Assembly: GCF_009914755.1 (NCBI RefSeq) | Contig: NC_060929.1 | DNA length: 64,000 bases | Direction: 5' to 3' (one strand) | Origin: the human T2T-CHM13v2.0 reference genome, Homo sapiens | Part shown: positions 1 to 16,419 of the stretch, one piece after another | Layout: each line of letters starts with the position of its first letter | How positions within the stretch are numbered: the first letter of the stretch is position 1 | Made by a program: the position numbers and the translations under genes | Notes under the pieces: model-generated | What the model saw: the letters and a program-made list of their open reading frames with translations, nothing else | What the model was told of the DNA's origin: nothing | Databases searched by the model: none

Positions 1-73
1 ATATTTTATGTGTGGCCCAAGACAGTTCTTCTTCCAATGTGGCCGAGGAAAGCCAAAATATTGGATACCCCTG
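1..73 (+). mobile_element. MER30-like hAT-Charlie DNA transposon, terminal part
   Basis: atattttatgtgtggcccaagac...gccaaaatattggatacccctg matches the MER30 terminus as I recall it, ending in the CCCCTG terminal inverted repeat. Confidence 0.75.
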
Positions 74-2874
74 CTAAAGTGGACTCCTTTGCATATTTAA
101 CAAGAAAATAATTAAACAACTTTATTTCAGATTAATAAGACAGATCTGTACAGTGAGGCACGCCTCCATAGAAAGCATCATGGTACTCTTGCATGTTTAC
201 TTTTAATGTAGCCCTTAATCTTATTTTTTTTCCCTGCCCTTAAATAGCAGGACTAAAACAAGGGCTTTCATTTAAAAGTATTTCCATTACTATTTTTCAA
301 CTTCCACATGTATATATTGCAAACTGAAAGTAAGGGGTTTGAAACATTTTTATTATAAACAGGAAAAAAAAACTTCCCTAAGCTTGTCCTGTAAAAGGTA
401 GGTACAGAATAGACATCCATTGATTGACTAATGCCAAATAATTAAGTTAAATATTTTGAGGACAAAAGTTCCTTAGCAAATGTAAACAGTGTGACTTCGT
501 ATTTGATTTTGCCTAGGAAGGTGTATGGCTTTCCAAAACATTTCTTTTGGTCAAATAATTATGGGAGGTGACCAAGCTGTCTCACAACACTCTGCCCATT
601 TTCTTTAAAGGCTAAGGATTACCACATAAGAAAGCAAAGTTGCATCACTTGCTGGACTTTGAAAAGGACTAATGTGTCAAAGTATTTCTCCCATGGTTAT
701 TAAAAGATAAGTAATTTTGAATCATTATTCAAGGGCTTGCCTTGAATTTTTTAATATAATTAGAAATAACTAGTATTTTGGCATCTGGAATGCAAACATT
801 TGTCCCACTGACACAGTAATTTGGTGAGTTATAGCACATGTGCTATTTTATGAGACTGCAGACGCTATTCAAGATGATGTACAAACTCACTAATAGCATA
901 ACCAGTACACAGAAATATTTCTTTAATAAATTGTCCTAGAAGACTCTACAAGAAGAAATTTCAATGGCCTTAAATCAAGTCACATCCACTGAAGGCCTCG
1001 GTAGGACACGTTTGTCTCTGTAGGGCAATCCAGCTGGCACCATCCATGAAAGGCAGAGACCCAAGAAGGCTTCCTGATCTCATTCTGCCTTCTCAGGTTC
1101 TTGGCTGAAGGATCTATAAGCTGAATCAGAGCCAAAAGGAAGGAGTAAAAGCCTCTCTTGGTTGCCACTAACTCCTGTGGTGAGGGGTGAGGGAAGGCCT
1201 GGAGATGGTTCTATCTAAGGAGGGCTCTGCCCAGGCACTGAGCTGGGAACCCAGTGAGTGCTGGGAAATAACTATTATGGTGCCCTGGTCCCTCATATCT
1301 TTTATCCTCTTTCCTCAGCAACCCTGGGAGTGCTGATGAAAAGGAAAATATTTGATTTATTCAGTAGAGATTCCTTTTAGCTAGATCTTAAGTGACAGAA
1401 AATCTCAAAGTATCTCAACCTGAGGAGAGAAAGAAACCAGTGGGGTTGACTTCCATTTCCAAAATGGCTGAAGATGGTAACATTGGAGAATGCAGAATAT
1501 TTTAATTTATACTAATTTTAAAGACCTGGAAAATCTTTCAGGTTTAAATTCACTGTAGTGTATTTTGGTGGACTCTCATAAACATCGGGACAAGTTTTTC
1601 TCTAGTAATTTGTCCTTGATTAACCACTGAACATTACTTAAATACGATTTAGTTCCACATCCAGTGCTATATATTTTTGAGTTGTTTTCAAATTCAACAT
1701 AATTTCATACAATCATTTTTTAGGGTCAAAGTGAAACTTATGTTAATATTTTAGTATTTTTCAATTGTAAGAATTGTCAACTAAGTGTTGTATCAGCTCA
1801 AAAGATTTACTTAACAAATTTGAATTACTGTTTGATGTGCTGGAAAGAACATATTCCAAGTAAATCAAGGTAAAGCTCTATGCTTTACTCAAAGTTTTAA
1901 AACTTTCCTTGTATTCTACAAATTTCACATACACATTTCAACAGTAAGATGTATCTTACAAGCAGGGCCATTTTTGGAACTTCATTATTGTTAGTATTTT
2001 ATTTGTTTACTTATTATACTTCTGGCTAGTTAAGATTTTAACATCCAATTGCAGAAACCTTCTTGGCTCTGTAGAAAAAATGTGCAATTCTTACAGCTGA
2101 ATTCTGGAGCAAATGGTTGCTTTTATCCAATGTTGCAAAAATAAAAAAAAGTTAAACTTTTATGGATGGGAAAGAAGGTGGTATGATTGTCCAAGGAATA
2201 TCTGACTAATTTATCCTCCATACTTATATGTCAAAATATAATCAAAAGGGACACATAAAAGTTAAAGTAAGCTTTAATAATTACATAAAGTAAATATTTC
2301 TAGTCATAAAAAGGCAGCGACCATGTAGCATAAATAATATTACCTTCCTTAGTGCCTGTCATAGTGCTTATCAGTGCTATGCACATATCTGAAATTGCGT
2401 TTCTATTTCTGATAGTTCTCAGACTATAATTTTGTATATTTAGCCCCATTTTCACCAATGGAAGATAAATACAATGGAAGTTTGGAAGCATAAATGTCAT
2501 GTTTTTCATATCATTATTTGTGTATTTATTGATTGCTGTGCTCAATTGAATTGCTGATTCTGTAGTCCAAGCTTCTTCCTAAATTCCTAGTGACACTCTT
2601 TTGTTACATCTGTATAAAGCTTGTTGCTTGTTGCCTGCTATTTCTAGGTAGGTAATTGGTGGCAGTCAGAGGGCTCTGCCCTCTCCAAGATTCTGTATGC
2701 AAATGCCGTGTTTCCATATCTAATTCCAACTCACATGGAGGTCAGTCTTTGTTGAGGATTTACAATTTTTTTTTTTGTCAGTATGATTATATGGACAGTT
2801 CTTAACAACTAACAGCAAGGCACTGTGCTTGGTACTCTAGGATATAGGTATGGATGTGGCCTCTTCCTATATTT

Positions 2875-2877
<3 letters not shown>

Positions 2878-2912
<35 letters not shown>

Positions 2913-2982
2913 TTTGAATCCAAGACAGAATAAATATATGTAGTTTGGATATATATATGGCTTGAATCCAAGGCAGAATAAA
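2878..2982. repeat. (TA)n microsatellite plus a ~32-bp direct duplication
   Basis: (TA)~16 at 2878-2910; atatatatggtttgaatccaagacagaataaa (2903-2934) recurs as atatatatggcttgaatccaaggcagaataaa (2951-2982). Confidence 0.9.
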
Positions 2983-3756
2983 AGCTTGTAATACAAATAG
3001 GAGCTATATAATTTAGGCTACATGAAGAATTTTTTTTTCTAATTAGTAAAATTCTTTAGTGTAAATAGCATTTAAGCTGGTATTAAAGGACCAACTCAAT
3101 TAAAGATAATGTGCAATTACAGTTGGAAAAGCAGCTCAGTCAAGGCATTTAAAATGAGATGCTTCCCTGGCCCTTTGGTGCATGTTAGAAGACTGACAGG
3201 GAGTTTGAGTACCACTGCCTGATTGGTAGATAGTCACATGTAAGGATGTCATTGATAATGAAAAAGGTTAAAAATGAGAACGAGAGCTAATAAGTGATAA
3301 CCAGAAGGTATGTCTTTTGCCGTGTGTGGTTCAGCACAGATTTCAAACTCTTATGCATATAATCTGCTGCATCTTGAGTTTCTATCCCAGAATACATGGA
3401 GAGTGTCCTTAGCTTATGTCAAGTTTTCTCAAATTTTATTTTTATGGCTTTTATTTTATTCTTGTGGCTATCTGAATTTGTTGTAAATTTACTTTGAAAT
3501 ATCAATCCTCATCTTACTCTGAAGTATATTTAGACAAAATAATATCCCATCTGAGTTTTTCTTGAAAATTATTCAGTGGTAGTGGGAGTAAGAAAGCAAA
3601 ATAAAATAAGATTGGCTATATCATGATACTTTTTGAAGCTGGATGATGATATATGGATTCATTACACTATTCCTTTTACTTTTCCAAATGTTTGAAATTA
3701 GCGACAATGAAAAGTTAAACATTCTTATCCCACCCTGCCACCAACGTGAGACTTAA

Positions 3757-4281
<525 letters not shown>

Positions 4282-4902
4282 TGAAAGTTTAAACACTTTG
4301 TATCAAACATTCTTTTACTTGTAAACTATTTACTGAGCATGAATTCTGTTCTTGGCACTTGAATGTCCTCAAGTAGATCATGTTTAACAGACAAAGAAGT
4401 TTACAAATATTTACAAAACAAAATGTGATCAGAGCTATAATGGAAGTCTACATAAGGTGCTATGAGAACATCATGGAGGAGGCAGATTTAACAGCTACCA
4501 CGAGCACAGGACAGGTCCTAGCTTATCGCTCCAATAACTTTGAGACTTTCAGAATTTTCTAAAGCCTGAAGCAGCTGAATGCTCCTGTTTTTTTAAAGCC
4601 TCTCCTCTACCAAAAGAAAATTTCTCCTTCTTACAAACCCTTAAATCACAGTGGAGTAGAGCATAGGCTTCATGCAATACCTTTGGTATCAAATTCCAGC
4701 TCTAGCTCTTACTAGAGCTAGCCATGTTATCTTAGAAAAGGTGTTTGTCTTAAGCTTCATCTATAAAGAAGATTGACTGAACATGAACAAAATAAATAGA
4801 ACATATGATTATAGAAATTTGTTTGTGCCTACTTATTTTACTGACTTCTGCCTTATTTCATTAAATTATTTGAGAATCTTTAATGGACTATAAGATTGTT
4901 GA

Positions 4903-5351
<449 letters not shown>

Positions 5352-6960
5352 AAAAATTATTTTCTTAGTCCCCTTTCAGCATCTCTAATTGTGTCTTGGA
5401 GGAGCCTTGATTTGACCCTATAATGCGTTATACTGTAACATAGGTTGAAGCTCCTTTAAAACAGTGACCTTATTTTATTGTATTTATTTTTATTATTTCC
5501 TTGTATTTCTGGTAAGTTATACTGGTTTCTTTTTATTTAGAGTTTAATTTTGTAAAATAAACATAGACAGTAAATATTGCATGTGAATTACTTAAGTTTA
5601 GGAAATATTTTGCTATATAAACATAGGGTTTTAGAAGAAAAAGTAACAACAGATAATAGAATTCAAACTTGTTTAAGGATAAGTGATCTGCCCCAGTTAC
5701 AAAACTGATACTGGCAGAGCTGAGGCGAACCTAAGCCTCTTAATACTACTAGCTCAAGGCTCTCTCCAACCTTCCATGCCCCTTTGATAAATAGTTTCAA
5801 TTAATATTTGATGACATACTGTCTTCTCTAAGTCAACTCCTTCCATCCTGAATAATGCCAATGTTCATGGATATTAATATGAATCAATAAAAACTTAAAG
5901 CAAAAGTGGCATGTACTCAGGGGCCAAGAACTACCTATGAGAGACAACGAAAGGTCACAAAAATGTACTTTACGATGTTGTGCAATTTATTAGATGTATA
6001 AAGCAAATAAATCTCCATATATGTGATAGGATTGTATGGGATTCAAAAGGTCAAATAGTGATATGCTAGTGGACCCAACAGATATTTTTCCCAAAGCCAC
6101 AAATCTGTCCTCAGGGGTAAAAGGAGCTTCTAGCAAGCGTACACTTAGAGTTTTATGTAGATAAGGAAGGAAAGCATTCTCTCAATGCTGCCAAAATCCA
6201 CCCTTCAGTATAAAATAATGCTGAAATTTACGAAAAATAAGGTGTCCTGTGATCCATGAGAAACTAAGGAGAGGAGGGTCTCTAGAGGGTGGACATTGGG
6301 CAGAGGGGAGGCAAGGATGGCAAGGACACTTTTTATTGTACAGGTTTGTACACATGTTGGTTATTGAACCTATTGAATGGCCTACATATTTAAGAAATAG
6401 AATTCTCCCACAAAATGCCTCGACCGTATGGCTAAGCGACTCTGAACCATTACAAAATCACTTCTTTAGAAGAATATTTAAAGAAAGCTAGAGATTACTT
6501 TTTTGTTGAATTAAGGTTTTGCAGTCATTTTACAGAATACAATTACATATATTTTAGTTAGCAGATGTCCTTTACAAAACATGCCATTATTTTGAAACTG
6601 AGATAATTTTAGAAACAAAATAAAAAAAGTACACAGTCTGAATTTCTCAATAACCATATAATGGAATTTAGATGATTTTGAATAACATAAGGCAGTATCT
6701 GAAAACTGTTAATTCAGTTCCACTGCACGTTTCTCCTAGTTACAAATAGCTTCAATTTTGCACATAAGCATTGTGTATGCATTTCAAACATGAAAGCTGG
6801 AATCATAGGCAGACTGTAGAATACAAAAGAATAAGATGCCAGGCAAGGACTTTGGTTTTTCACTTTATTACTGTGTTAACCACTAGACATTACTCTTCAT
6901 GAAAGAAAAAGCAACTATTAATGACCATTTATACGTTGAACATGACTTATAGATACATAC

Positions 6961-7332
6961 CTTGTAAGTCCAGTGCTACCACAACAGTATCATCTTCTAA
7001 TCCTTCAATCACCTCACACTTATATCTCCCATAATCTTCCAGAGTGAGGTCTGTGATGACCAGAGAAGCATCACTATCACTGCCTCCCTTCAGAAACACT
7101 CTACCCTGGTAGCCTCCATAGGTTTTTTTGTGGTATCCCATGGAAACAAAAACATCCACTTCCTTGAGGTAATCCGAAGTTAGCTTGGTCCACTTAATTC
7201 GGATTTTATGGATTCCTGAGCCAAATGCTGTAGGGTCTCGATAAAATTTACATGGCAGTGTAACATTGCCACCTCTGTGTGAAAACACCTTGGCTTGCTC
7301 TGCTTCCACAAGTAGATGGGGGCCATTTTCTG
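6961..7332 (-). CDS. HAPLN1: HAPLN1 coding exon for the Ig V-type domain (372 nt, phase 1-1)
   Basis: Translates AENGPHLLVEAEQAKVFSHRGGNVTLPCKFYRDPTAFGSGIHKIRIKWTKLTSDYLKEVDVFVSMGYHKKTYGGYQGRVFLKGGSDSDASLVITDLTLEDYGRYKCEVIEGLEDDTVVVALDLQG, with Ig C...W...DxGxYxC motifs, recognised as link protein; polypyrimidine tract + TAG acceptor (7335-7333), GT donor 6960; frame continues from the upstream exon (G+CA=Ala). Confidence 0.98.
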
Positions 7333-9269
7333 CTATAATTAAAAAGGAAAAAAAAAAGAAAATAACTATTAATATACTTTCAGACATTTTCATAAAATGA
7401 AATATATCACATATATAGGATATCTGACAAAGGATAGCTTTGAGTGGTTAGCTTCTCTACGTAATCTCTTTTGAACCATATAGAAAGGGACCTCTAATAA
7501 CTAGAAGGTATCTCTAAAGTAGTCATTTTTAAACCAAAGGGGAAGAAGTTACATTATCATCAGTAAGAAATGTTGGATATAAAACTCCATAGTCATCTGA
7601 AGGTCAATGATTTCATAATAAATTCTATTTATTATTGTTTCAATTTTTTCTTCTACATTTAAATATCAAAAATATAGAAACAAGACCAAGAGAAGTGAGA
7701 GAGTTGCATGATGGGTTCGTCAATATAAACCCAAACATTTCAAGGTAAGGTAAACCCAGCTGGGCTTTCTAATACAAGAAGTTTATATTGTACTTACAGG
7801 CAAAATATGAAGCAACATGATTCACTTTCATTGTACAGTTCTGGCCAAAGAACTCAGAATATCCTCACATTTATGGCTTCTAGTCAAATATACACCTGTG
7901 TTAGGCTCTTCTGAAATATTTCAGGAAATATGTATTTTGTTTTCACAGGAAGTTTAGACAAAGGTAATTTTAATAAATGCTTTCGACAAATTCCAGAAGA
8001 TTTTGAAATGTATTCCTCAAAATTTGGATGTTAAAAACGTATCCAAAGTTATACTTCTTTTCTGATTAACCAAATACTTATTTGCTTCTTTACTCCCTTA
8101 AATATCCTTCTATTCTCTCTCTTTGCTTTCTGCTATGTCTTGTTTTGCAGTTATCTTATTACTTCCACCTTTCCTTTCCTTGTCCTTTTGTTTTCCTCCA
8201 AGTCCTTCCTCCAAGGACTCTATTGCCTTCCAAAGAGCACCACAATATCCTGAGCCTGCCAAGTCAGCAGGTCTGCCGTTTTCTACATACCAGCTGTTAT
8301 TTTCAGATTTTGGCTTTCTCTGGGGTTTCCCCCTGGCTAGCACATTGTGCTTTTGACCTTGACAGTGTCTCTTGAGGATGTGCAAGATATGAAAATGAGA
8401 AAGTGACATAAGAGCTCCTGGATACGGATATCTTTGTGTCTATACACAGCTTTTAATAGCTACCAAAGCTGCCCTTCACACAACTCTGCAGACCTCCTGC
8501 CTTGGGCAGATAGGTGTTGAATAATCCTTTGCCATGAATCATTTAAGATGTCCAAATCACTGGGAAGAGTAGCCATGTTGAGACACACAGTTATTGAATG
8601 GCAAATATAGGATTTGGATTTTAAAATAGAAAGTATCCAAAAAATAGACACAGCATCTCTATTTTTATCATATAGCAATCAGAATTAATATTTTTAATGA
8701 GCATATCATTTCATTTATAAGTGAGTCCCAAGCCTCAAAAAGCTGAAAAGTTTAGCAAAGCCATCAATGCCCCTCACTTTGAATAGATAATGAAATGCGA
8801 GGATAATGGCTTCATTTATTACTTAGTTAAGAGGAATCACAAATCCAGCTCATTAAGCATTTCCTTTATATTCCATTCTTGATCTCATTATTTAGGACCA
8901 TAGAATCTCAAGATATAAAACATAACTCTATGTAATTCTACCCTACATATAAGTTTTTCCTTACAATGTCCACAATGCCTGCATCCAACTTCTACTGAAA
9001 CATCTCTAGTGCCTTCTTTCTAGGAGGAGGAAAAAGTGCTGTTGACTAAGATTTCTCAGTAATGCCTGAGGGTCATAGGGAACATTTCCTCACCAGTATC
9101 TTGTGGGGGGCAAGGGTGGTGTGTGGGAACACTCCAGGAGCTGGGCCTTCCCATACTGAAACATAGTTTAGATATGACACATAGCTAAAATAGGTCTCAG
9201 TTTCATTATTCTTTCAGTTGTTTAGTTCAAAATCAAAAATAATGCCTAAATGCACTGGCATAGAGGATA

Positions 9270-9490
9270 TCATAGCAGTTGTGAACAAGGGCTCTAATGT
9301 GACATAGACCTTGGTCTAACCTCACTTCCTCAATTTACTAGCTCTGTAGCCTTGGGCAAGTTGTGCAGCCTCTAAGCCCTAATTTCCTTATATGTGAATT
9401 ACAGATACTATTACCTACAATATACAATTAACCTAATACACATAAAGCACTTAGGACAATGGCTGACCAATACGAGGTGTACACTAACTA
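9270..9490 (+). mobile_element. MIR SINE relic
   Basis: MIR core-like tttactagctctgtagccttgggcaagtt...taaagcacttaggacaatggctgac. Confidence 0.7.
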
Positions 9491-10023
9491 CTAAACTGTT
9501 CCTACTGCATAGATTTTACACAGTATTTTCCAACTAAGATACTGCCCAATATAGAGCATAATTTTGTCATATATTAGTCTTCCATAATTTCACTTATTTA
9601 TAAAGTTTTGAATCATGTGGAGTAAAAAGTAAATACATAAAATGCCACCTGTGAGACTTGGAAATAGGAGAGTTGGAAATTTGGGAGGTTTAGTTTAATC
9701 ATAAACTGTTCCAGAATGAACACAAGGTCTAAATGTTTTATAAATTAAAGGGTTAAGGCAAAGATCAAAACTCTGGTATAAGGGACTCAGACTTCTAATT
9801 TTTTTCTGTGGTTAACTGTAAACCATCTTGCAGTATTTTAGAAGTGTAGGTTTCTGATTTTGTTTTTGTTTTATTTCTACTCCAGCATTGTGAATAGAGG
9901 ATGACTTGTGTGGTATAATGTTGAAAATTAAGCAGGCACCAAACATCCACTGACCCTCACCCAAAATAGTTTTTTAACAAGCCTATCGAAATGTATAAAA
10001 TTCTACCATTCTCATTCACTTTG

Positions 10024-10025
<2 letters not shown>

Positions 10026-10055
<30 letters not shown>
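10026..10055. repeat. (GT)n microsatellite
   Basis: About 15 perfect GT units. Confidence 0.95.
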
Positions 10056-10056
<1 letters not shown>

Positions 10057-10555
10057 GAAGTAATAGATGCCAGAAGTCTCTGGCTGAAATTCAAAGAAAC
10101 CTAGCAAAGGTATGTAACATATTTAGTGACTAAGGCCATTAAGGTTCCTTAGGCTAAACCTCCAACATGGCCTTGAGAATAATGTTTTTGTTTGTTTGTT
10201 TGCTTTTAGAAGATCTACACTTCAGATTACACAGCTCTGAGCATTTTGGAGAAGTGGTCTATTGCAGGCTCTCCCATGCCTTAGCTGTTGGACTCTGCTA
10301 AGTCTACCTCATGAGAATCTTGAGCTTGCAGTTCTCATCAGGTGCTATGTCACAGGTTGTCGTCACAGAGACCAGCCAGGAAACACACTGAATTAGACAG
10401 GGAAATGAAAGGAGTGAAGACAGAGGAAAGGGAACCACAGGCGTTGATTACAAACTTTGCACACTTTTGCCTAGAGAAAGTCTTGAATCTGATAATTGGA
10501 TTTAAACTCCTGGATCAGTTTGAAATTAATGTTTAAATCAAAACTGTTTGATTGG

Positions 10556-10861
10556 GGCTGGGTGCAGTGGCTCACGCCTATAATCCCAGCACTTTGGGAG
10601 GCTGAGGTGGGCAGATCACTTGAGGTCAGGAGTTCGAGATCAGCCTGGTCAACATGGTGAAACCCCGTCTCAACTAAAAGTACAAAAATTAGACAGGCAT
10701 GGTGGCGTGTGCCTATAGTCCCAGCTACTCGGGAGGCTGAAGCAGGAGAATTGCCTGAACCTGGGAAGTGGAGGTGGCAGTGAGCTGAGATTGTGTCGCT
10801 GTACCCCAGCCTGGGCAACACAGAAAGACTACTTCTCAAAAAAAAAAAAAAAAAAAAAAAA
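10556..10861 (+). mobile_element. AluS, full length
   Basis: ggctgggtgcagtggctcacgcc... to poly(A); TSD aactgtttgatt on both sides. Confidence 0.95.
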
Positions 10862-11461
10862 GAACTGTTTGATTAGCAGGCTGTGGCATAGCAATTGAAA
10901 TGCAAAAGATAAAAATAAACCTTGATCATTAGAATGAGTATTGCTTTAAAAAAAAAAAAACAACATGGCAAAATAAATAAAACTATGTAGCATACAAGTG
11001 TCCATTTCCCCTTTTCCTTTCAGTGTGAAAAGGTGCACATAAACACTTGCATAGTGTTGAAGAGCTTAATTTTGTCCATAAATGAGGCTGTATGTTGAAA
11101 TTGGGGAAATTGAAGATGTCCAGTGGGGGACTGAAATTTTTTAAAGTGCAATTTACAAGTAAATAAATTCCCCATTTCCATTAGTGACAATGACTTGAAA
11201 GATCTGATGCCCTTCAAAGCTCAGAGTTGTCTCCAGGGGAAACTGCAGGGCCTGGTGAGAACACTAATGGGGACTCACTGAACCGCTGGGGCCTCGTTAT
11301 TATCTTACAAATTCTGCTGTGAAATCCAGAGGACATCATTTAGTTTCACCAAATAATAAAAGCAATGGCATGAGCAAACAACTGATCTTTACACTTGCTA
11401 TGAAATTTAGATGAAGACTTTTAAACAATAGGACAAGCACAACTGGAGAAAAACAATTTAA

Positions 11462-11932
<471 letters not shown>

Positions 11933-12419
11933 TAAACTTAGGTCATTTGTAGTTATACATTTTATGAATCATCATGGGAAACAATGACATTACATGAAAT
12001 TGGGAGCCCTCCTGGAGAAAGACAGGGATGATCGGTTGTCAGGGGCTTCCTCGCTCCTCTCTAGAAAGCCTTTCCCATTAGAAAGACTTTTTCATCCCTC
12101 CATTCTCATGGTCCTTACACCACTCATTTTGAAAGTGAAGCCCTTGGGAACCTCCCTGATACAAATCAAAATTTCAATGTTAAAAAACAAGTTTGTCTTT
12201 TTAAAATGAATTGAGGATGGTGCAAGCTAGCCAGGCTTGATGTTGGTTACTTTTTCCACTGGTGTATGGATGAACTAGACTCGAGACTTTTGGATTTCCT
12301 AGATCAATAATAATTAAAAAAAAAAAAAACCCAACTGGGGAATGTATTTAAGATGGCTAAATAAGAACATTAAAAATAATCTCTCCAAGAAAATACTCTA
12401 CCACCATCATTTAATTTTG

Positions 12420-12555
12420 TCCATTGTGGTAAAATATATATTTAAAAAATTGCTATTTTAACCATGTTTAATTCAGTGCCATTAATTACTTTCACCTTGT
12501 TGCGCAACCATCACCACTACCCCTTTCCAAAACTTTTTCATCATCCCAAACAGAA
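12420..12555 (-). mobile_element. L1M (L1MB/MA-like) 3'-end fragment
   Basis: attgtggtaaaatata...ttgttgcgcaaccatcaccactac...ttccaaaactttttcatcatcccaaacagaaa. Confidence 0.7.
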
Positions 12556-13455
12556 AGTTAATTTCTTTCTGACATTCCAAACTGATAGACATAGACTCAA
12601 TTGTCAGCTCCATAATGAATTATTTGAAAAAAAAATGCACAAGGTTTTAAAAACAGTTCTTTATTTTGTGACATTTGTTAACACTTTGGCAGATTTGGAT
12701 GTTTAATACTAACACTTTGGAAGCTGTTATTTTCCTTAGGGTAGCCAAAGCCTGCAGGAGAATGAGCAGCCAGGATGGATTTGTGTCCATCACTGTGCTT
12801 ACCATGGTCTATTGCAAACAATCACTCTGCCTTGTTTATGTTGTTTCTCCAGCATCAACATAGTGCTTGATGCAATAAGTGTCTATGACTGAAATATACT
12901 AGTGCTGCATACAGCTTGGGCCTGGCTATGGCAGTAAACATGGATATCTGAGCTTGCTTCACACCACACTACCTCTCTAAAATGAAAACACTTTATAAAA
13001 ACAGTTATGTACATTAAAGACACCATATTTAAGTAGAATACGTAATTTAAACATTTGTCTCTCGTACTTTACACATTACATTTGAGTAGGACACAAAATT
13101 TAGAAAATAAAGAGTGCCTCACTTATTAACCTTTAACTTTATCATTATTTTGTTTCCTTAAGACTGGAAGAAATCTAATTTCTCCTGAAACTGCTCACCT
13201 GGAGTCAGAAGAACCTATCTTTTGGTCATGATTCTAATGTGTCTAATCAGATCGCATCAGAAACCTTTCCAGGTGCCCACCCCCATCCATGCTAACCCTC
13301 TCCCTTCGCGTCCAGCCTTTACTGTTCTTTCAAAGAGTTCATTACTTTTATCAGAGACCAAGTTTTAGCTTGCTTCCCCAGCTATTATTGAATGCAGAGG
13401 ATCTTGAGTCTCTAGAAAGGAAGACGGTAAGAAAGGTAGTAGAAAAATGATCTCA

Positions 13456-13828
<373 letters not shown>

Positions 13829-15244
13829 TCACCTGGAAGTTTAAACTTTGACCTGAAGATACAAAGGAGTATGTGTGCTTCTTACCATTTATGAGAATTC
13901 AAAAGTTTGTGTAGTGTAGTTTGACATAAAGTATATCTGAAAGTATTCACAAGAAACTAACAGCCTTGGTAGACTATGAGAAGTTGTGGGGAAAAGTGTG
14001 TAGAGGAAGGCTTGGGAGATTTTCACATGTACACTTCCATATTTAAAAAATTTTAAACCATGTGAATGTACCACCCATGCATAAACTAAATAAAAATCTT
14101 ATAAAAATAAATGTAGAAGTTGAGGGAATTTAACAAATAGACAAGAACCTTTTATCTAGAGTCTCTCTACACAAGAAGCTGGTAGCCATAATTATACTAT
14201 ATTATTATAATTGAAGGATTATATTTTCTCAGTATACCTATTGCTGTGTTACTAAAAATGTTATCTTTAAACATGTATTTAAAACACGAAATACATGGTA
14301 TCACATTTCCCTATTTTTTAAAGATACTATTGCTGAAGATAGTAATTGTTGTCTAGTTTTGAACCATAAAGGAAAAAAATCTAATGCTGAAAATAGGATA
14401 AGTGGAGATCTTTGATATAAAGTGATTGGTGCTGTTTTTCATCATCTGTGACCTGCCTTTTGGTCTCACAGGCTACGAGATTGTACTCCTCCCATCCAGC
14501 CCACTTCCCAACCCTGCCAGGGGCTACCTTCTCTGCACCCACTGTGTAGTCTTCATGCTCTGCTCTTTGCTATCAATCTACAGCTAAATTGTGTTTTTAT
14601 AATTTCTCAAATGGCATGTTTTGCCTTCCTGTTGAGATCTGCATTATCACATGTGATATGCCAGGAAGCTATGATTTGGTAGGTATTGACCAAATCCATC
14701 ATTTTCTCTTTCCTTAGAGCTAAATGGATTATGTGATGGGAAACTGCTCAATACCAAAATATAGTACTGTTTTGAGTGATGCTGATCATGAATGGGTACT
14801 ATGTTATGATCCATGTTTCATAGTAAAAAAATGAAGATAAATTCTATCACTATTTTGGAGCCTGGAGGTTTATCTATGGCAATGTTTAAAAAAAGTTTTT
14901 CAAGAACAGTGGAATTCCTTGCCCCCGCAAAGGATATCTAAGACAAACCTTTTCCATGTAATCTTATAAACGTGAGCCTCTCTGCTTGAGATGGGCATCA
15001 CGAGGCCCCAAGGAGCTCTAGGAAGTCAACTGAACATAGTTTAAAAATCACTGTTCTGAGATGTACACCAGAAACTCTGATAATATCCTGATAAATATTC
15101 TGTCTCCTCTTAATTCTCTTTTCTTAATCTTTTTTTTCTAGCAGGAAGAAGTAAAGTGTGAGGAGGAAGTTTAACTCTGTTCTGTTGATAAAGTTGTTTG
15201 TGGCTTCTGCCTTTCCACATTCATTATTTCATTTCTTTTCTCAG

Positions 15245-15430
15245 CAGTTATAGAGTATTAGTTAAGCATATGGACTATATCTCTTACATTGTGTCACTTA
15301 ACCTTTCTGTACCTCAGTTTCCTCATCAGTAAATGGAAGTAAGTCATCTTCATCCCTGGGTTCTTGTGAGGGTTAAAGGAAGTAATTCACATTGAAAACT
15401 TAGCTTGGTGCTTGGCCTATAGTGAGTGCC
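15245..15430 (+). mobile_element. MIR SINE relic
   Basis: tcacttaaccttttctgtacctcagtttcctcatcagtaaatgg...gttcttgtgagggttaaa core. Confidence 0.75.
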
Positions 15431-15666
15431 CAGCTGGTGTAGACTCTTACTAGCAAATATTTACATGTCTAAAATGTGCCTGGTGTACAAAACAGCGTCT
15501 ATCTTCTACACTGTCTTCTTTACCGTGCTCTTCCAGAAGGCAGTTCCTAGAAAGTGTTGGTTCCTGAGAAATTCACATCTCATCAACTCTTGAGGATCGC
15601 CTAATCTAGTGGTTCTTAGCAAGACAGGAGTGCATTTCAGGACTACTATTCTAGAAGCCTTTTTAA

Positions 15667-16248
<582 letters not shown>

Positions 16249-16419
16249 CAGAAAAGCTTCTCTAAAGCCCAAGACCAAACTTTATTTCTCTTAGTGATTT
16301 TATTTCTTCTTAAACGTAGTTATATAAATTGAATGGAATAAAATGGGGACCATTTTTACCTATTGCATCATGCAAAAGATGCCATGAAAAGGCTTTGATG
16401 TTGCTGTGTGTTCATGTAT

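Noticed and set aside
6947-7393. 148-aa ORF as a stand-alone gene starting MKMSESILIV
   Set aside because: The N-terminal residues translate the intron polypyrimidine tract and the C-terminal MYL lies past the donor; only 6961-7332 is exon
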